From positions 1 through 62,662 of the forward strand of contig CANHIG010000002.1 in the NCBI GenBank assembly GCA_947461105.1: a stretch of 62,662 bases of DNA, read 5' to 3'. The translations under genes were made by a program, and so were the position numbers. This document shows, piece after piece, positions 19,561 to 29,536 of this stretch. Position 1 is the stretch's first letter. Every line of letters starts with the position of its first letter. Source of the stretch: Bacteroidota bacterium (GTDB taxonomy: Bacteria; Bacteroidota; Bacteroidia; Chitinophagales; LD1). Below the pieces are notes generated by a model. The model did not search any database. It saw only the letters and a list, made by a program, of their open reading frames with translations, and was not told the origin of the DNA.

Positions 19561-20997
19561 TTATTGCCCTTGACCAAGCGAATAGGCAGCTTTACCGTCA
19601 AACGAATACAGATTTTCAGTTTTAATTGCATCAATGCCTTCTTTCAGTGCATTTTCCAGAAGCTGAATTATATTTGATTTAGTGATTTCATAACCTGATA
19701 CAGGCTTGAAACGACATCTCCAATGGTCGGTACAAAATGTTTCTTTAAATCCATCAGGCCATACTTTAATTCCTCTGTTTGTAATCATACTTAAGCTGAT
19801 TCCATTAAGTTCAATTTGCTTCATTTTTTCAGCAAGTTGGTTGGAGTCTGTATCAGACCAGTGAACAAAAACATCGACACCGACCAATTCTTTTTTGGCT
19901 GCAGGTTTGCGTTTATATTTTGGCAAGCTCAATGCAGCATTATTTGAGTATGATACAGCCTTTAGTATTGAAGGCTTTTGACCAAGATTCGCAATTACTG
20001 CTTTTGCAAATTCCTTAGTTCCTACCTTTTGCTTACTAATTCCCTCTTTAAAAATATCATAGGTATGTATTCCGTCTTCCAATGTTTTCAGCCAGGCATT
20101 TTGAACTTTTTCTGCAACATCAGTCTGCCCAATGTGATTCAACATCATAATTGCACCTTGCAATAAACCTGAGGGATTCGCTACATTTTGTCCGGCTCTT
20201 CGTGGAGCAGAACCATGGATTGCTTCAAACATAGAGCACTCCTCTCCAATATTCGCAGAACCTGCAAGCCCGACAGAACCAGTAATTTGAGCAGCCACAT
20301 CACTAAGCACATCTCCATATAAGTTTGGCATCACAATCACATCAAATGCTTCTGGTGTATCAGCCATTTTAGCTGCTCCTATATCAATAATCCAATGTTC
20401 ATTTTCTATTTCAGGATATTCTTTAGCAATCTCATCAAATACCTGATGAAACAAACCGTCTGTTTGCTTCATAATATTATCTTTTGTAAAACATGTTACT
20501 TTCTTTCGGTTTTGTTGTTTAGCATATTCAAAAGCATAACGTACTATTTTTTCACAACCAGGTCTGCTAATTAGTTTCAGGCATTGCACCACTTCATCTG
20601 TTTGTTGATGCTCTATACCTGCATACAAATCCTCTTCGTTTTCCCTTACAATCACAATATCCATTACCGGATGCTTGGTACTTACAAATGGATGTAAGCT
20701 CATGCAAGGTCTAACGTTTGAATATAATCCAAGAAATTTGCGAGTTGTAACATTTAAACTCTTGTATCCTCCTCCCTGTGGTGTAGTTATTGGCGCTTTA
20801 AGGAAAACCTTGTTTCGCCTAATGGTTTCCCATGATTCCGAAGCAATTCCGGATGTATTACCAGCCAAATATACTTTTTCACCCACCTCAATTTCATCAA
20901 TTTGGATTCTGGCACCTGCTGCTAAAATTATATCCAATGTAGCATCCATAATTTCAGGGCCGATTCCGTCTCCTTTTGCAACTGTTATTTTTGTCAT
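19561..20997 (-). CDS. icd: Isocitrate dehydrogenase (about 480-aa form with an extra C-terminal domain)
   Basis: It has an isocitrate/isopropylmalate dehydrogenase fold (NLYGDVLSD, GSAPRRAG-like motifs), followed by a ~130-aa C-terminal extension. Confidence 0.85.
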   Translation of the reverse strand: MTKITVAKGDGIGPEIMDATLDIILAAGARIQIDEIEVGEKVYLAGNTSGIASESWETIRRNKVFLKAPITTPQGGGYKSLNVTTRKFLGLYSNVRPCMSLHPFVSTKHPVMDIVIVRENEEDLYAGIEHQQTDEVVQCLKLISRPGCEKIVRYAFEYAKQQNRKKVTCFTKDNIMKQTDGLFHQVFDEIAKEYPEIENEHWIIDIGAAKMADTPEAFDVIVMPNLYGDVLSDVAAQITGSVGLAGSANIGEECSMFEAIHGSAPRRAGQNVANPSGLLQGAIMMLNHIGQTDVAEKVQNAWLKTLEDGIHTYDIFKEGISKQKVGTKEFAKAVIANLGQKPSILKAVSYSNNAALSLPKYKRKPAAKKELVGVDVFVHWSDTDSNQLAEKMKQIELNGISLSMITNRGIKVWPDGFKETFCTDHWRCRFKPVSGYEITKSNIIQLLENALKEGIDAIKTENLYSFDGKAAYSLGQGQ

Positions 20998-21042
20998 GTT
21001 TTGTGATTGTTTATTTTTGAAAATATTTTTTAGCGAAGAGGA

Positions 21043-21297
21043 TTATTGAAACAGCTGTCTTAACTTTGCAATAAACTTGAAAATCAGATTACCTATACTC
21101 AAGCATAAATGGAAAAGAATAACATCTCCATAAAAAAGCATGTATCCTATAAAAATTGCTCCCAGCAAAAGATACATATCAATATGAATAATATTCATGT
21201 ACTCAAAAAGAAGTAGCGCAAGCGTAACAATAGTGACTAGAGTTAATACAGATGTCCTGGACGCTCTGTTAAAGCTTGGTTGTGTTATACTTTTCAT
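21043..21297 (-). CDS. Small hydrophobic protein of unknown function
   Basis: The 84-aa ORF has an ATG start and two to three predicted TM segments. It is the first gene divergent from the LysR regulator. Confidence 0.4.
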   Translation of the reverse strand: MKSITQPSFNRASRTSVLTLVTIVTLALLLFEYMNIIHIDMYLLLGAIFIGYMLFYGDVILFHLCLSIGNLIFKFIAKLRQLFQ

Positions 21298-21366
21298 GAC
21301 GCAAACTTGAATATTTTATTTATTAGTATTTATTTATAGTTTTAATAAAATACATAAATTATTTTT

Positions 21367-22290
21367 ATGAATTACACTTTAAACCAACTTCAAATATTCC
21401 TGAAAATTGTACAAACGCAAAGCGTAACTAAGGCTTCCGAAGAGCTGCACCTGACACAACCTGCCGTTTCTATTCAGCTCAGAAATTTTCAGGATCAATT
21501 TGACATTCCGCTTACTGAGGTTGTGGGCAGAAAAATTTATATAACTGATTTTGGTCGTGAGATAGCAGAAGCAGCAGAAAACATTCTAAATCAGGTTTAT
21601 GCCATCAACTATAAAACAATGGCATATAAAGGTCAGCTGACCGGAAGATTAAAAATTTCTGTAGTATCAACAGGGAAATACGTAATGCCTTTTTTCCTTT
21701 CTGATTTTATGAAGCAACACAGTGGCTTAGAACTGATAATGGATGTAACCAATAAAAGCAAGGTGATTGAGAGTCTTGAGAATAACGAAGTAGATTTTGC
21801 ACTTGTCTCTATCTTACCTAATACATTGAATATCGAAAAGCTCGATTTACTCCAGAATAAATTATATCTGGTCGGCAACACAAAACAGAAATTCAGAAAA
21901 GGGATAAACACTAAAGAAATATTCAATGATCTGCCTTTGATATTCAGAGAAAAAGGATCAGGAACCCGGCAAACAATGGAGCGCTTTATCGAGCGCAGCA
22001 ATATTCCTGTTTTAAAAAAGATGGAACTCACATCTAACGAAGCTGTAAAACAATCACTATTAGCGGGATTGGGGTATTCCATTATGCCTTTGATTGGAAT
22101 AAAAAATGAACTGCAAAATGGTGAGCTTCAAATAATACCTGTGAAAGGATTACCCATAAAAACTACATGGAGTTTAATCTGGCTGAAAGGGAAAAAACAC
22201 GCTCCTGCTTCCGAAGCGTTTTTAAACTATCTCAAAAAGGAGAAATCAACAATCATTCACGAAAAATTTGGGTGGTATGAGCAGTATTGA
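21367..22290 (+). CDS. LysR-family transcriptional regulator (CbbR/CmpR-like N-terminus)
   Basis: It has an HTH region LNQLQIFLKIVQTQSVTKASEELHLTQPAVSIQLRNF...GRKIYITDFG and a LysR substrate-binding domain. Confidence 0.85.
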   Translation: MNYTLNQLQIFLKIVQTQSVTKASEELHLTQPAVSIQLRNFQDQFDIPLTEVVGRKIYITDFGREIAEAAENILNQVYAINYKTMAYKGQLTGRLKISVVSTGKYVMPFFLSDFMKQHSGLELIMDVTNKSKVIESLENNEVDFALVSILPNTLNIEKLDLLQNKLYLVGNTKQKFRKGINTKEIFNDLPLIFREKGSGTRQTMERFIERSNIPVLKKMELTSNEAVKQSLLAGLGYSIMPLIGIKNELQNGELQIIPVKGLPIKTTWSLIWLKGKKHAPASEAFLNYLKKEKSTIIHEKFGWYEQY

Positions 22291-22316
22291 ACTAAAAGCT
22301 TAAAATATTAAAAGCC

Positions 22317-23732
22317 CTACTTAAGCATTTCCATCGTTTGAGTCAAAAGAGTTCCTGTATGCTGCAATAAAGCAGCTTTCGACTTATACACTTTCACATA
22401 GAGCTCGTAGAGCTTTTCCTGCGATTCAATGTATTTGTTTTCTCTGGAGTTTATCAGAAATACATTACTCTCTCCATTAAAAAAACGTTCCTGCTCTGCT
22501 TCAAGCAGTAGCTTATTGTTTGTTGTGATTTTTGCAACTGTGCTCAGCTGGCTTCTGTAATTCTCAAAATCATACCAATAACTTTTAATCTTATTGGCAA
22601 CTGTTTGCTGCTTAAGTTCATAAGCCAACGTTGCTTCCTGTAGCTTATACTTAGCTAGTTTATACTCATTACGAGATTGAGCAAAAAGAAGCGGCAATTG
22701 AAAATTTACTCCAAACTTGTATCGCTCTGTAAAAACATTACTTGTAGCTGATGGCGAAAAATTAGTTCCATTACCAAGCAGATAATAATTAGCATTAAGC
22801 TGAGGTTTGAGCAATTCCATTTTCAATTTTCGCTCATAGTCAAGCGACTTGATTTTCAAACGATAGATATTGAGATCCGGCTGTGATGAAAGCCCGGATA
22901 ATTGTTCATCCAAAACTATTTTCCAATTGCTGATTTGCGAATTAGGCAATTCAGCAACAACAGATGTATCAATCATAACGGGAGATTGAGAAGCATTCCA
23001 GCAGAAGTTACTTAAATTAAAAGTTGCCTGAAGCCAATCCGTATAAGCCTGTTGCTTTGCAACTTCTCTGTATTGCAGTTGCGTGACCGACTCAGTAGTA
23101 TCAATCATTGGTCTATCTCCTAATAGAGCAGACTGAATTATCATTTGATGACGCTGCCTAGCTAAATCCATGGCAGTGCTGTTTAGTAAATATTTTTGAT
23201 AAGATGCTGACCAAAGCCAATAAGCAGCAGTAGCATCTGCAATCAGTTCATTCATCATAGCCGTTCGCTCAAAATTGGTTGACTCCCTAAAAACTTTGGC
23301 CTGCTTAAGCTGTGTTCGTTTCTTATCAGTAAATAAATTCTGAACCAACGGTATACTGAGACTCAGATAAGACATACCATTCTGGGGCAAATAATTTTCA
23401 GGATTTAAACGTGCTCCGTAGTAATAATCATAGCCTGCCTTTACCTCTCCAATCCAGGTTGGAATTTTCACTTCAGAGTTAAACAAGGAAAAATAATTTT
23501 TACCTTCGAAAAACTTCCTGTCATAACTGGCACCAATAACAGGCTCAAAAGCTCCTTTTGCTTTATTAAATTCAGCCTTTCCGGCCATGAGTTTCAAATC
23601 AGCTATAGCAGCAACAGGATGATTTTTCAGTAACAGGAGAATAAATTCATTATAAGTTAGCGTGTCTGAATTAGCATTCAAGCGAGAAAAAAAAGCAGAT
23701 ACAAATAAAAATATCAATGAAAGTTGCTTCAT
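22317..23732 (-). CDS. TolC-family outer-membrane efflux protein
   Basis: The 471-aa protein has a signal peptide and a duplicated coiled-coil/barrel architecture. Its start overlaps the upstream stop (ATGA). Confidence 0.8.
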   Translation of the reverse strand: MKQLSLIFLFVSAFFSRLNANSDTLTYNEFILLLLKNHPVAAIADLKLMAGKAEFNKAKGAFEPVIGASYDRKFFEGKNYFSLFNSEVKIPTWIGEVKAGYDYYYGARLNPENYLPQNGMSYLSLSIPLVQNLFTDKKRTQLKQAKVFRESTNFERTAMMNELIADATAAYWLWSASYQKYLLNSTAMDLARQRHQMIIQSALLGDRPMIDTTESVTQLQYREVAKQQAYTDWLQATFNLSNFCWNASQSPVMIDTSVVAELPNSQISNWKIVLDEQLSGLSSQPDLNIYRLKIKSLDYERKLKMELLKPQLNANYYLLGNGTNFSPSATSNVFTERYKFGVNFQLPLLFAQSRNEYKLAKYKLQEATLAYELKQQTVANKIKSYWYDFENYRSQLSTVAKITTNNKLLLEAEQERFFNGESNVFLINSRENKYIESQEKLYELYVKVYKSKAALLQHTGTLLTQTMEMLK

Positions 23733-25072
23733 TTTTTGCTTTCTTTTTTCGTTTCGCCCTCCTTTCCTGATTTGTAGAAGTCAGGCGGGAATCCATTCAG
23801 ATTTCTCCATATCTCGTACCAAATCGGCACATCTTTAAGCAAGGCATAACCTCTTGCTCCTCCGCCAAGCTTTAGTGCATCCGGCCATACTTCCATTTTT
23901 TTATCTTCAGCAACCAGCACTCTGAACATACCATTGGAACTGATAGAATTATCAATTACAGCTACTTTACCGAAAAACGAACCATACGATACATTTGGCC
24001 AACCAGAGAAGAAAATAGAAGGCCACCCGTCAAATTGAAATGACACTCGCTGACCGATGGACACAAGTGGCAAATCCATTGGTTTCACATACATCTCCAC
24101 AGCAAAATGATAATTAGTTGGGGTTACGGTAACAAGGTGTTCATACTCTTTCACCACTTCGCCAATTCCAGCCTTAATCGTGCGAGTTATTTGCCCGTCT
24201 TGAGGAGCAAGAATAAAATAGAACCCGGAACGAATGGCATAATTCGAAAATTGATTTTCAAGTTTTGCTACTTCCCCCTCTCCTACATTCAAGCTGGACA
24301 TGGCAGAAAATTCATCAGACTTTGCTTTTGAAAATTTCTCATTATAATCCATTTCTATAGCACTTAACTCAATTACTGCATTCAGGAGTTCATTGCGAAG
24401 TGCAATAAGTTTATTAGCAATTCCTACCTTCTTGGAAAGCACATTCTGATATTGCTGATTACGCTGTTCAAGCTCAGTAAGTGATTTAAGCCCCTTTTCA
24501 TACAACTCTTTCTGGCGTTTAAATTGCTTTTCTGCAATATCAAGTTCATTTTCTGCTGCGAGTAATGCAACACTGTCTGCCTGAATATAGTTGCTGATTT
24601 GTTTAATCTTATTTCTGGATTGGCTCAGCTTTAGCTCTCTTGATTTCTCTAGAGCTTTCACCTGATTTTCAATAGCAATGATTTTTGAACGATAAGCATT
24701 ATTCGCTCCCTCTTTGGATTCGATTTGATCTTCGGTTCTTCTGAGAAGATTAGGATCCAGATATAAATCTTTGATTTCTCGAAGCTTCAAAATAGTGTCA
24801 CCTTTTTGCACAATGTCACCCTCCTTTACAAACCATTTTTCAACTTGTCCTGTAATGAAAGAATTTATTTCCTGAGGGCGCTCAGAAGGATAAAGTGTGG
24901 TAAGAACACCAGATGATTTAACATTTTGAGTCCATGGAAGAAATAAAAATACGATACCTATCACGCCAAAAACCACAACTACTCTTTTCACGTAGCGGTC
25001 AGCGCCCTTTTCGGAGGCGACTATCATAGAAGGCATTGTGTTTATTTCATCGGGCTTTATTCTCGCACTCAT
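23729..25072 (-). CDS. HlyD-family membrane fusion (periplasmic adaptor) protein
   Basis: It has an N-terminal TM segment, a lipoyl-like motif (VKEGDIVQKGDTILKL), a long coiled coil and a beta-barrel C-terminus. Confidence 0.85.
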   Translation of the reverse strand: MSARIKPDEINTMPSMIVASEKGADRYVKRVVVVFGVIGIVFLFLPWTQNVKSSGVLTTLYPSERPQEINSFITGQVEKWFVKEGDIVQKGDTILKLREIKDLYLDPNLLRRTEDQIESKEGANNAYRSKIIAIENQVKALEKSRELKLSQSRNKIKQISNYIQADSVALLAAENELDIAEKQFKRQKELYEKGLKSLTELEQRNQQYQNVLSKKVGIANKLIALRNELLNAVIELSAIEMDYNEKFSKAKSDEFSAMSSLNVGEGEVAKLENQFSNYAIRSGFYFILAPQDGQITRTIKAGIGEVVKEYEHLVTVTPTNYHFAVEMYVKPMDLPLVSIGQRVSFQFDGWPSIFFSGWPNVSYGSFFGKVAVIDNSISSNGMFRVLVAEDKKMEVWPDALKLGGGARGYALLKDVPIWYEIWRNLNGFPPDFYKSGKEGETKKESKK

Positions 25073-25073
25073 A

Positions 25074-26807
25074 TCAAAGACTTAAAAATTCATTTAGCTT
25101 TTTGTAATCAGGATGATTTTTTATCTCCTCATATTTCCCTTCAGCAACTATAGTCCCATTACTCAATAAGATAATTCTATCGCATCGTTTAGCAGTTTCA
25201 ATATCATTAGTTGATATGAGCATTGTAGATTTGTTACCGGGAGCAAACAGATAATCTATGACACGCCTTTTTTCTGCAGCTTCAAGTGTGCTCCAATAAT
25301 CTTCAGCGAGTATCAGGGCGGGGTTATCCAGCACAGCTCTCAGCAACAATATTTTCACCAACACGCCTTTGGGAATTTTTTTTCCCGTTGATTCCACTAT
25401 AGTATCAAATCCCAGAGGCTGAGACTGAATGAAAGGCATGAGTCCAATTTTTTCAGCATGAGCAATCACTTCATTAATTGTTACATCCGGATGCCCCATT
25501 TTGATATTTGTGAGAATACTTCCTCTGATTAATTCATCTTCACTGAAAATCACGCTGAAACGCTGGCGAAGATGATTTAAATCTATATTTCTGTATGGTA
25601 TATCATTGTATAATAAATTGCCTTCACAAATAGAAAATGCTCCTGATGCCACTCTCAACATAGTAGTTTTCCCTCCGCCCTGCGCACCCAGAATACAAAC
25701 CTTCTCTCCATTTTCAATTTTCACGCTTACATTCTCGAGTATATTTTTAGACGATTCCGGATAGCAATAGGAAGCATGGACGAATGTGATAGAAATGCTT
25801 TTCATTTTTTCCAAATCAAAACGAACCGTTCCTTGCTCTTCAGTTTTTAAATCTATCAGCTTATGCACTTTTTCAAGAGAGGTAAGAACATCATAAAGCG
25901 TCTCTAACATCGAGAAGAGTTTTTCCACTGAGCTGAGCAGCATGATAATAATGATTTCCGCAGCAATGAACTCTCCGATATTTATCATCTCATTTAAGAA
26001 CAAGTATGTTCCTGCAATCAAAAGAGCCGATGTGATTAATGTTTTGAATACTATCAGACTGGTAAACTGAATAGTGAGAATTCTAAAATGATCTTTTCTG
26101 GCTTTCAGATATAGCAGCACCAAATCATCAGTTCTATTTATGATAAAATCAAAATAAGAATTCAGCTTTATGGTCTTGATGTTTCTTGCAATATCTTCTA
26201 ACCAATGCCCGACAGCGTATTTATAGTCCGACTCCTCAATGCTGGCTCCGAGTCCTTCCTTGAATGTGATTCTAATCAAAAGAAAAAGAAGCGATACCAC
26301 CAATACATTGAAGACAATAAAAACAGGATGATAAAACGAAAGCAGTATTAAACCGAATAAAATCTGAATACTTGCACCAGGGAAATCAATCAGCAATTTC
26401 GAAACCCCCTTTTGGAGTGAAGCTGTGTCAAAATAGCGATTTGCCAACTCTGGCAAATAATATTTATCAGCAGTATATAAATCAATTTTGGGAAATAAAT
26501 CTGCAAACTGAAGTGTAAATCGAGCAAACAATTTTCGCTGTATGCGCTCAGAAACAACCATACTGAAATAGGTAAGCAAGCCGCTCAGCATCACTCCGCC
26601 AATGATTACAACAATCAATATAATCAGGGAGGAAGAAATCCTACCTCCGAAAAGGAAAGTAATAATAGCCTGAATGCCTAACGGCAGGGTGAGTGAAATA
26701 ATACCACTCATGGTCGCAAACAAGTAGATATTGATGATCTCTTTGCGCTCAAGCTTAATTAAATTCAGTAAGCGGGTAAAAGGTTTTATGTTTTCTATTT
26801 CAGACAT
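25074..26807 (-). CDS. ABC exporter half-transporter (TMD + NBD, no C39 peptidase domain) with a degenerate nucleotide-binding domain
   Basis: It has six TM helices followed by an NBD. Walker A is GAQGGGKTT, but the other motifs do not match consensus (see findings). Confidence 0.8.
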   Translation of the reverse strand: MSEIENIKPFTRLLNLIKLERKEIINIYLFATMSGIISLTLPLGIQAIITFLFGGRISSSLIILIVVIIGGVMLSGLLTYFSMVVSERIQRKLFARFTLQFADLFPKIDLYTADKYYLPELANRYFDTASLQKGVSKLLIDFPGASIQILFGLILLSFYHPVFIVFNVLVVSLLFLLIRITFKEGLGASIEESDYKYAVGHWLEDIARNIKTIKLNSYFDFIINRTDDLVLLYLKARKDHFRILTIQFTSLIVFKTLITSALLIAGTYLFLNEMINIGEFIAAEIIIIMLLSSVEKLFSMLETLYDVLTSLEKVHKLIDLKTEEQGTVRFDLEKMKSISITFVHASYCYPESSKNILENVSVKIENGEKVCILGAQGGGKTTMLRVASGAFSICEGNLLYNDIPYRNIDLNHLRQRFSVIFSEDELIRGSILTNIKMGHPDVTINEVIAHAEKIGLMPFIQSQPLGFDTIVESTGKKIPKGVLVKILLLRAVLDNPALILAEDYWSTLEAAEKRRVIDYLFAPGNKSTMLISTNDIETAKRCDRIILLSNGTIVAEGKYEEIKNHPDYKKLNEFLSL

Positions 26808-27084
26808 TAGGACTAATATATAGTTTTAACAAATTAATGGAACTATAGTTCAGAAAAACATAACTATACTCCATTTTTCTTATGATATTTTTTGAAAAAT
26901 GAGTTCATGAAGGATTCTTCAGTTGTATAAAGCAATCAAGATAGTCGTCCTAAGAAGAAAAATGAGTGATGAATTGCAAAATTGATGCTGTCCAAAAAAA
27001 CTATTATTTAGCTATAGTGAAAGAAAATAGAAGTCAAGTAATTGTAATATTCCCTTTGACAGGTAAAAATCTATACGCCCAAAA

Positions 27085-27606
27085 TCAATTCTTCTCGGGC
27101 ACAAACTCCAGCGAGAGCGAATTCACACAATAGCGCAATCCGGTTTCAGTGGGACCATCATCAAATAAATGACCAAGATGCCCGCCACATTTAGCGCATA
27201 TAATTTCTGTGCGAATCATGCCGTGCGATTTGTCTACATGAGTTTTTATTTTTCCGCCCTTAATTTCTTTATCAAAACTTGGCCAGCCACAGTGGGAAGC
27301 AAATTTCATATCTGATGTGAACAGCTCGGTGCCACAACCTGCACATTTATAAACCCCTTCGTCCATGGTCAGATAAAACTTTCCGGTGAAAGCGCGCTCT
27401 GTTCCCTTTTCTCTCAGTATATAATACTGCTCCGGTGAGAGCTTTTTCTTCCATTCTTCCTCTGACACAGGTATCTCATTATTATTCATATTGACTTGAT
27501 TTTTAGATGAAGTTTTAGCGGCAGGCTGCGTTTGAGAGCTACATGAATTAAACTGCAACAGCAGCGCCAAAAGGACAAAAGAGTGATTATGTGATATTTT
27601 ACCCAT
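27085..27606 (-). CDS. msrB: Peptide-methionine (R)-S-oxide reductase MsrB with a lipoprotein-type signal peptide
   Basis: It has the SelR motifs [21 protein letters not shown] and RYCVNS. The N-terminus is [13 protein letters not shown]. Confidence 0.9.
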   Translation of the reverse strand: MGKISHNHSFVLLALLLQFNSCSSQTQPAAKTSSKNQVNMNNNEIPVSEEEWKKKLSPEQYYILREKGTERAFTGKFYLTMDEGVYKCAGCGTELFTSDMKFASHCGWPSFDKEIKGGKIKTHVDKSHGMIRTEIICAKCGGHLGHLFDDGPTETGLRYCVNSLSLEFVPEKN

Positions 27607-27672
27607 AAAATAAAGTATTAAATTTAGATATTAGCCCAAGAAAAATTTATTTTGTTCTATCTGAAACGCTTT

Positions 27673-29448
27673 ATGCTCAAAAAACACACATACTACGCTC
27701 TATCATTAACAATATTTTTGTTCAGTTGTTCATGCTCCAAAATATTTAGTCAGGGAACATATATCCCTTTGGATGCAGAGACCTACCACATGATAGACAG
27801 AATGGACATAAGATATGGTAGAATACTAAATATGCCTCATACTTCCTCCAAACCATTCCTGCGAGCGGATGTTGCAAGGGCTGCAGAAAAGCTCAAAGTT
27901 TCCAATATCAAAGTGAACAAAAGAACAGCTCGTGAGATTGATTACATGATGGATGATAACGCGGAGTGGCTGGACAGCACAAAAAGCCGAAACCCCAGAC
28001 CTATCTGGCTATTTCGTCAGGGTTCAAAAGCAGCCTTCTATCGCGAGCCGGCAACTATGGCCAAAGTGGATGTCAAAAATTTCAACCTAAGATTTAATCC
28101 TATCATTTCTTTCCGTGCTGCTGGCGAGTCTGCACAAGGCGGTCTGCTGATGGTAAACACCAGAGGTATTGATTTGCGTTTCAACATCAAAAAAGTAGTC
28201 AGTGGCTATTTTATGTTTACGGAAAATCAGACGAAAGCTCCGGGCTATGTAAGAAGTTCTTACCTCAGAGATTCGGTGGACAGTAGAGAGTTTAATCCGG
28301 GCGAAGCCTATTGGAAGGAATATAATTCAAAATACTTTGGCATAACCAACGGAGTTGATTTTTTCCAAACCAGAGGATATATCAATATCAATGTCCTCGA
28401 CTATTTCAATATCACCTTCGGACATGATAAAAACTTCATCGGAAACGGATATCGCTCCATGTTTTTATCGGACAACAGCGCGCCTTATCTTTTCCTGAAA
28501 TTGAACACTCGAATCTGGAAAATCAATTACCAAAACATTTTCTGCGAGCTAACCAATCAATATCAAAGAGGCAGCGATAAACTACTTCCTAAAAAATATG
28601 GCGCATTTCATCATCTTGATGTGGATATTACCAGATGGCTAAACATTGGACTTTTTGAAGGCACAATAATGAATCGCTCCAATAATTTTGAACTGCAATA
28701 TTTGAATCCGCTCATTTTCTACAGAGCAATAGAGCAATCTCTCGGAAGTCCTGACAATTCTCTTTTAGGACTTGACTTTAAACTGAATCTGTTCAATCAC
28801 ATTTCTGCTTACGGTCAGTTTGCATTGGATGAATTTAATTTTAAAAGGTTGGTAAGTAAGCAAAAGTGGTGGGGCAATAAATACGCTTTGCAGGTAGGGT
28901 TAAAGTACATAGATATTATTCCAAATCTGGATGCTCAATTTGAGTTTAACTATGCGCGACCATATACATACTCGCACTACGCAACTGCAAATGGTACTGC
29001 AAATTACACCCATTACAATCAGTCATTGGCACATCCACTAGGCGCAAACTTCACCGAAGTTATATTCATTGCACGCTATCAACCCGCAAAACGATTCTTC
29101 ATGACCTTTAAATATATTTTCTCTACATACGGAGAGGATACCATTGACCACGCCAACAATGTGGTGACTAATTTCGGTGGCAACATCTTTACAAGTACTA
29201 CACCTATTACTGTTATAAACGCAGCGGGACAATACATAGAAACAGGTCATAAATCACAGCAAGGCGCATTGGCAAAGCAAAATTATGTTGACATAAGATT
29301 TTCATACATGTTCTGGCACAATGTATATGCCGACTTAAATTTGCTTATCAGAAGTAAAACCTCTTCATATAAGCCTTATAGCAACTCTACTACATACTTT
29401 GGGGTGGGGCTGCGGATGAATATTCCTTACAAAGAATATGTCTTTTAA
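27673..29448 (+). CDS. Predicted outer-membrane beta-barrel protein, possibly Wzi/RemB-like
   Basis: It has a signal peptide and alternating aromatic beta-strand patterns, and it ends in Y-x-F (YKEYVF). The family assignment is from memory only. The ATG at 27673 is preferred over the listed TTG. Confidence 0.5.
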   Translation: MLKKHTYYALSLTIFLFSCSCSKIFSQGTYIPLDAETYHMIDRMDIRYGRILNMPHTSSKPFLRADVARAAEKLKVSNIKVNKRTAREIDYMMDDNAEWLDSTKSRNPRPIWLFRQGSKAAFYREPATMAKVDVKNFNLRFNPIISFRAAGESAQGGLLMVNTRGIDLRFNIKKVVSGYFMFTENQTKAPGYVRSSYLRDSVDSREFNPGEAYWKEYNSKYFGITNGVDFFQTRGYININVLDYFNITFGHDKNFIGNGYRSMFLSDNSAPYLFLKLNTRIWKINYQNIFCELTNQYQRGSDKLLPKKYGAFHHLDVDITRWLNIGLFEGTIMNRSNNFELQYLNPLIFYRAIEQSLGSPDNSLLGLDFKLNLFNHISAYGQFALDEFNFKRLVSKQKWWGNKYALQVGLKYIDIIPNLDAQFEFNYARPYTYSHYATANGTANYTHYNQSLAHPLGANFTEVIFIARYQPAKRFFMTFKYIFSTYGEDTIDHANNVVTNFGGNIFTSTTPITVINAAGQYIETGHKSQQGALAKQNYVDIRFSYMFWHNVYADLNLLIRSKTSSYKPYSNSTTYFGVGLRMNIPYKEYVF

Positions 29449-29536
29449 TTTTTTTAGTAAAAGTTTGGCATTCTATTTGACAAATAGAAGTAACTTTAAA
29501 CTCTGAAAAATTCAGATTTTCTAAAATTAAAACACT

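Noticed and set aside
29473-29487. The 7-1-7 palindrome CTATTTGACAAATAG upstream of the DUF1573 gene, considered as a possible operator.
   Set aside because: Palindromes of this size are expected several times by chance in 62 kb of AT-rich DNA. I saw no second copy and no supporting context.
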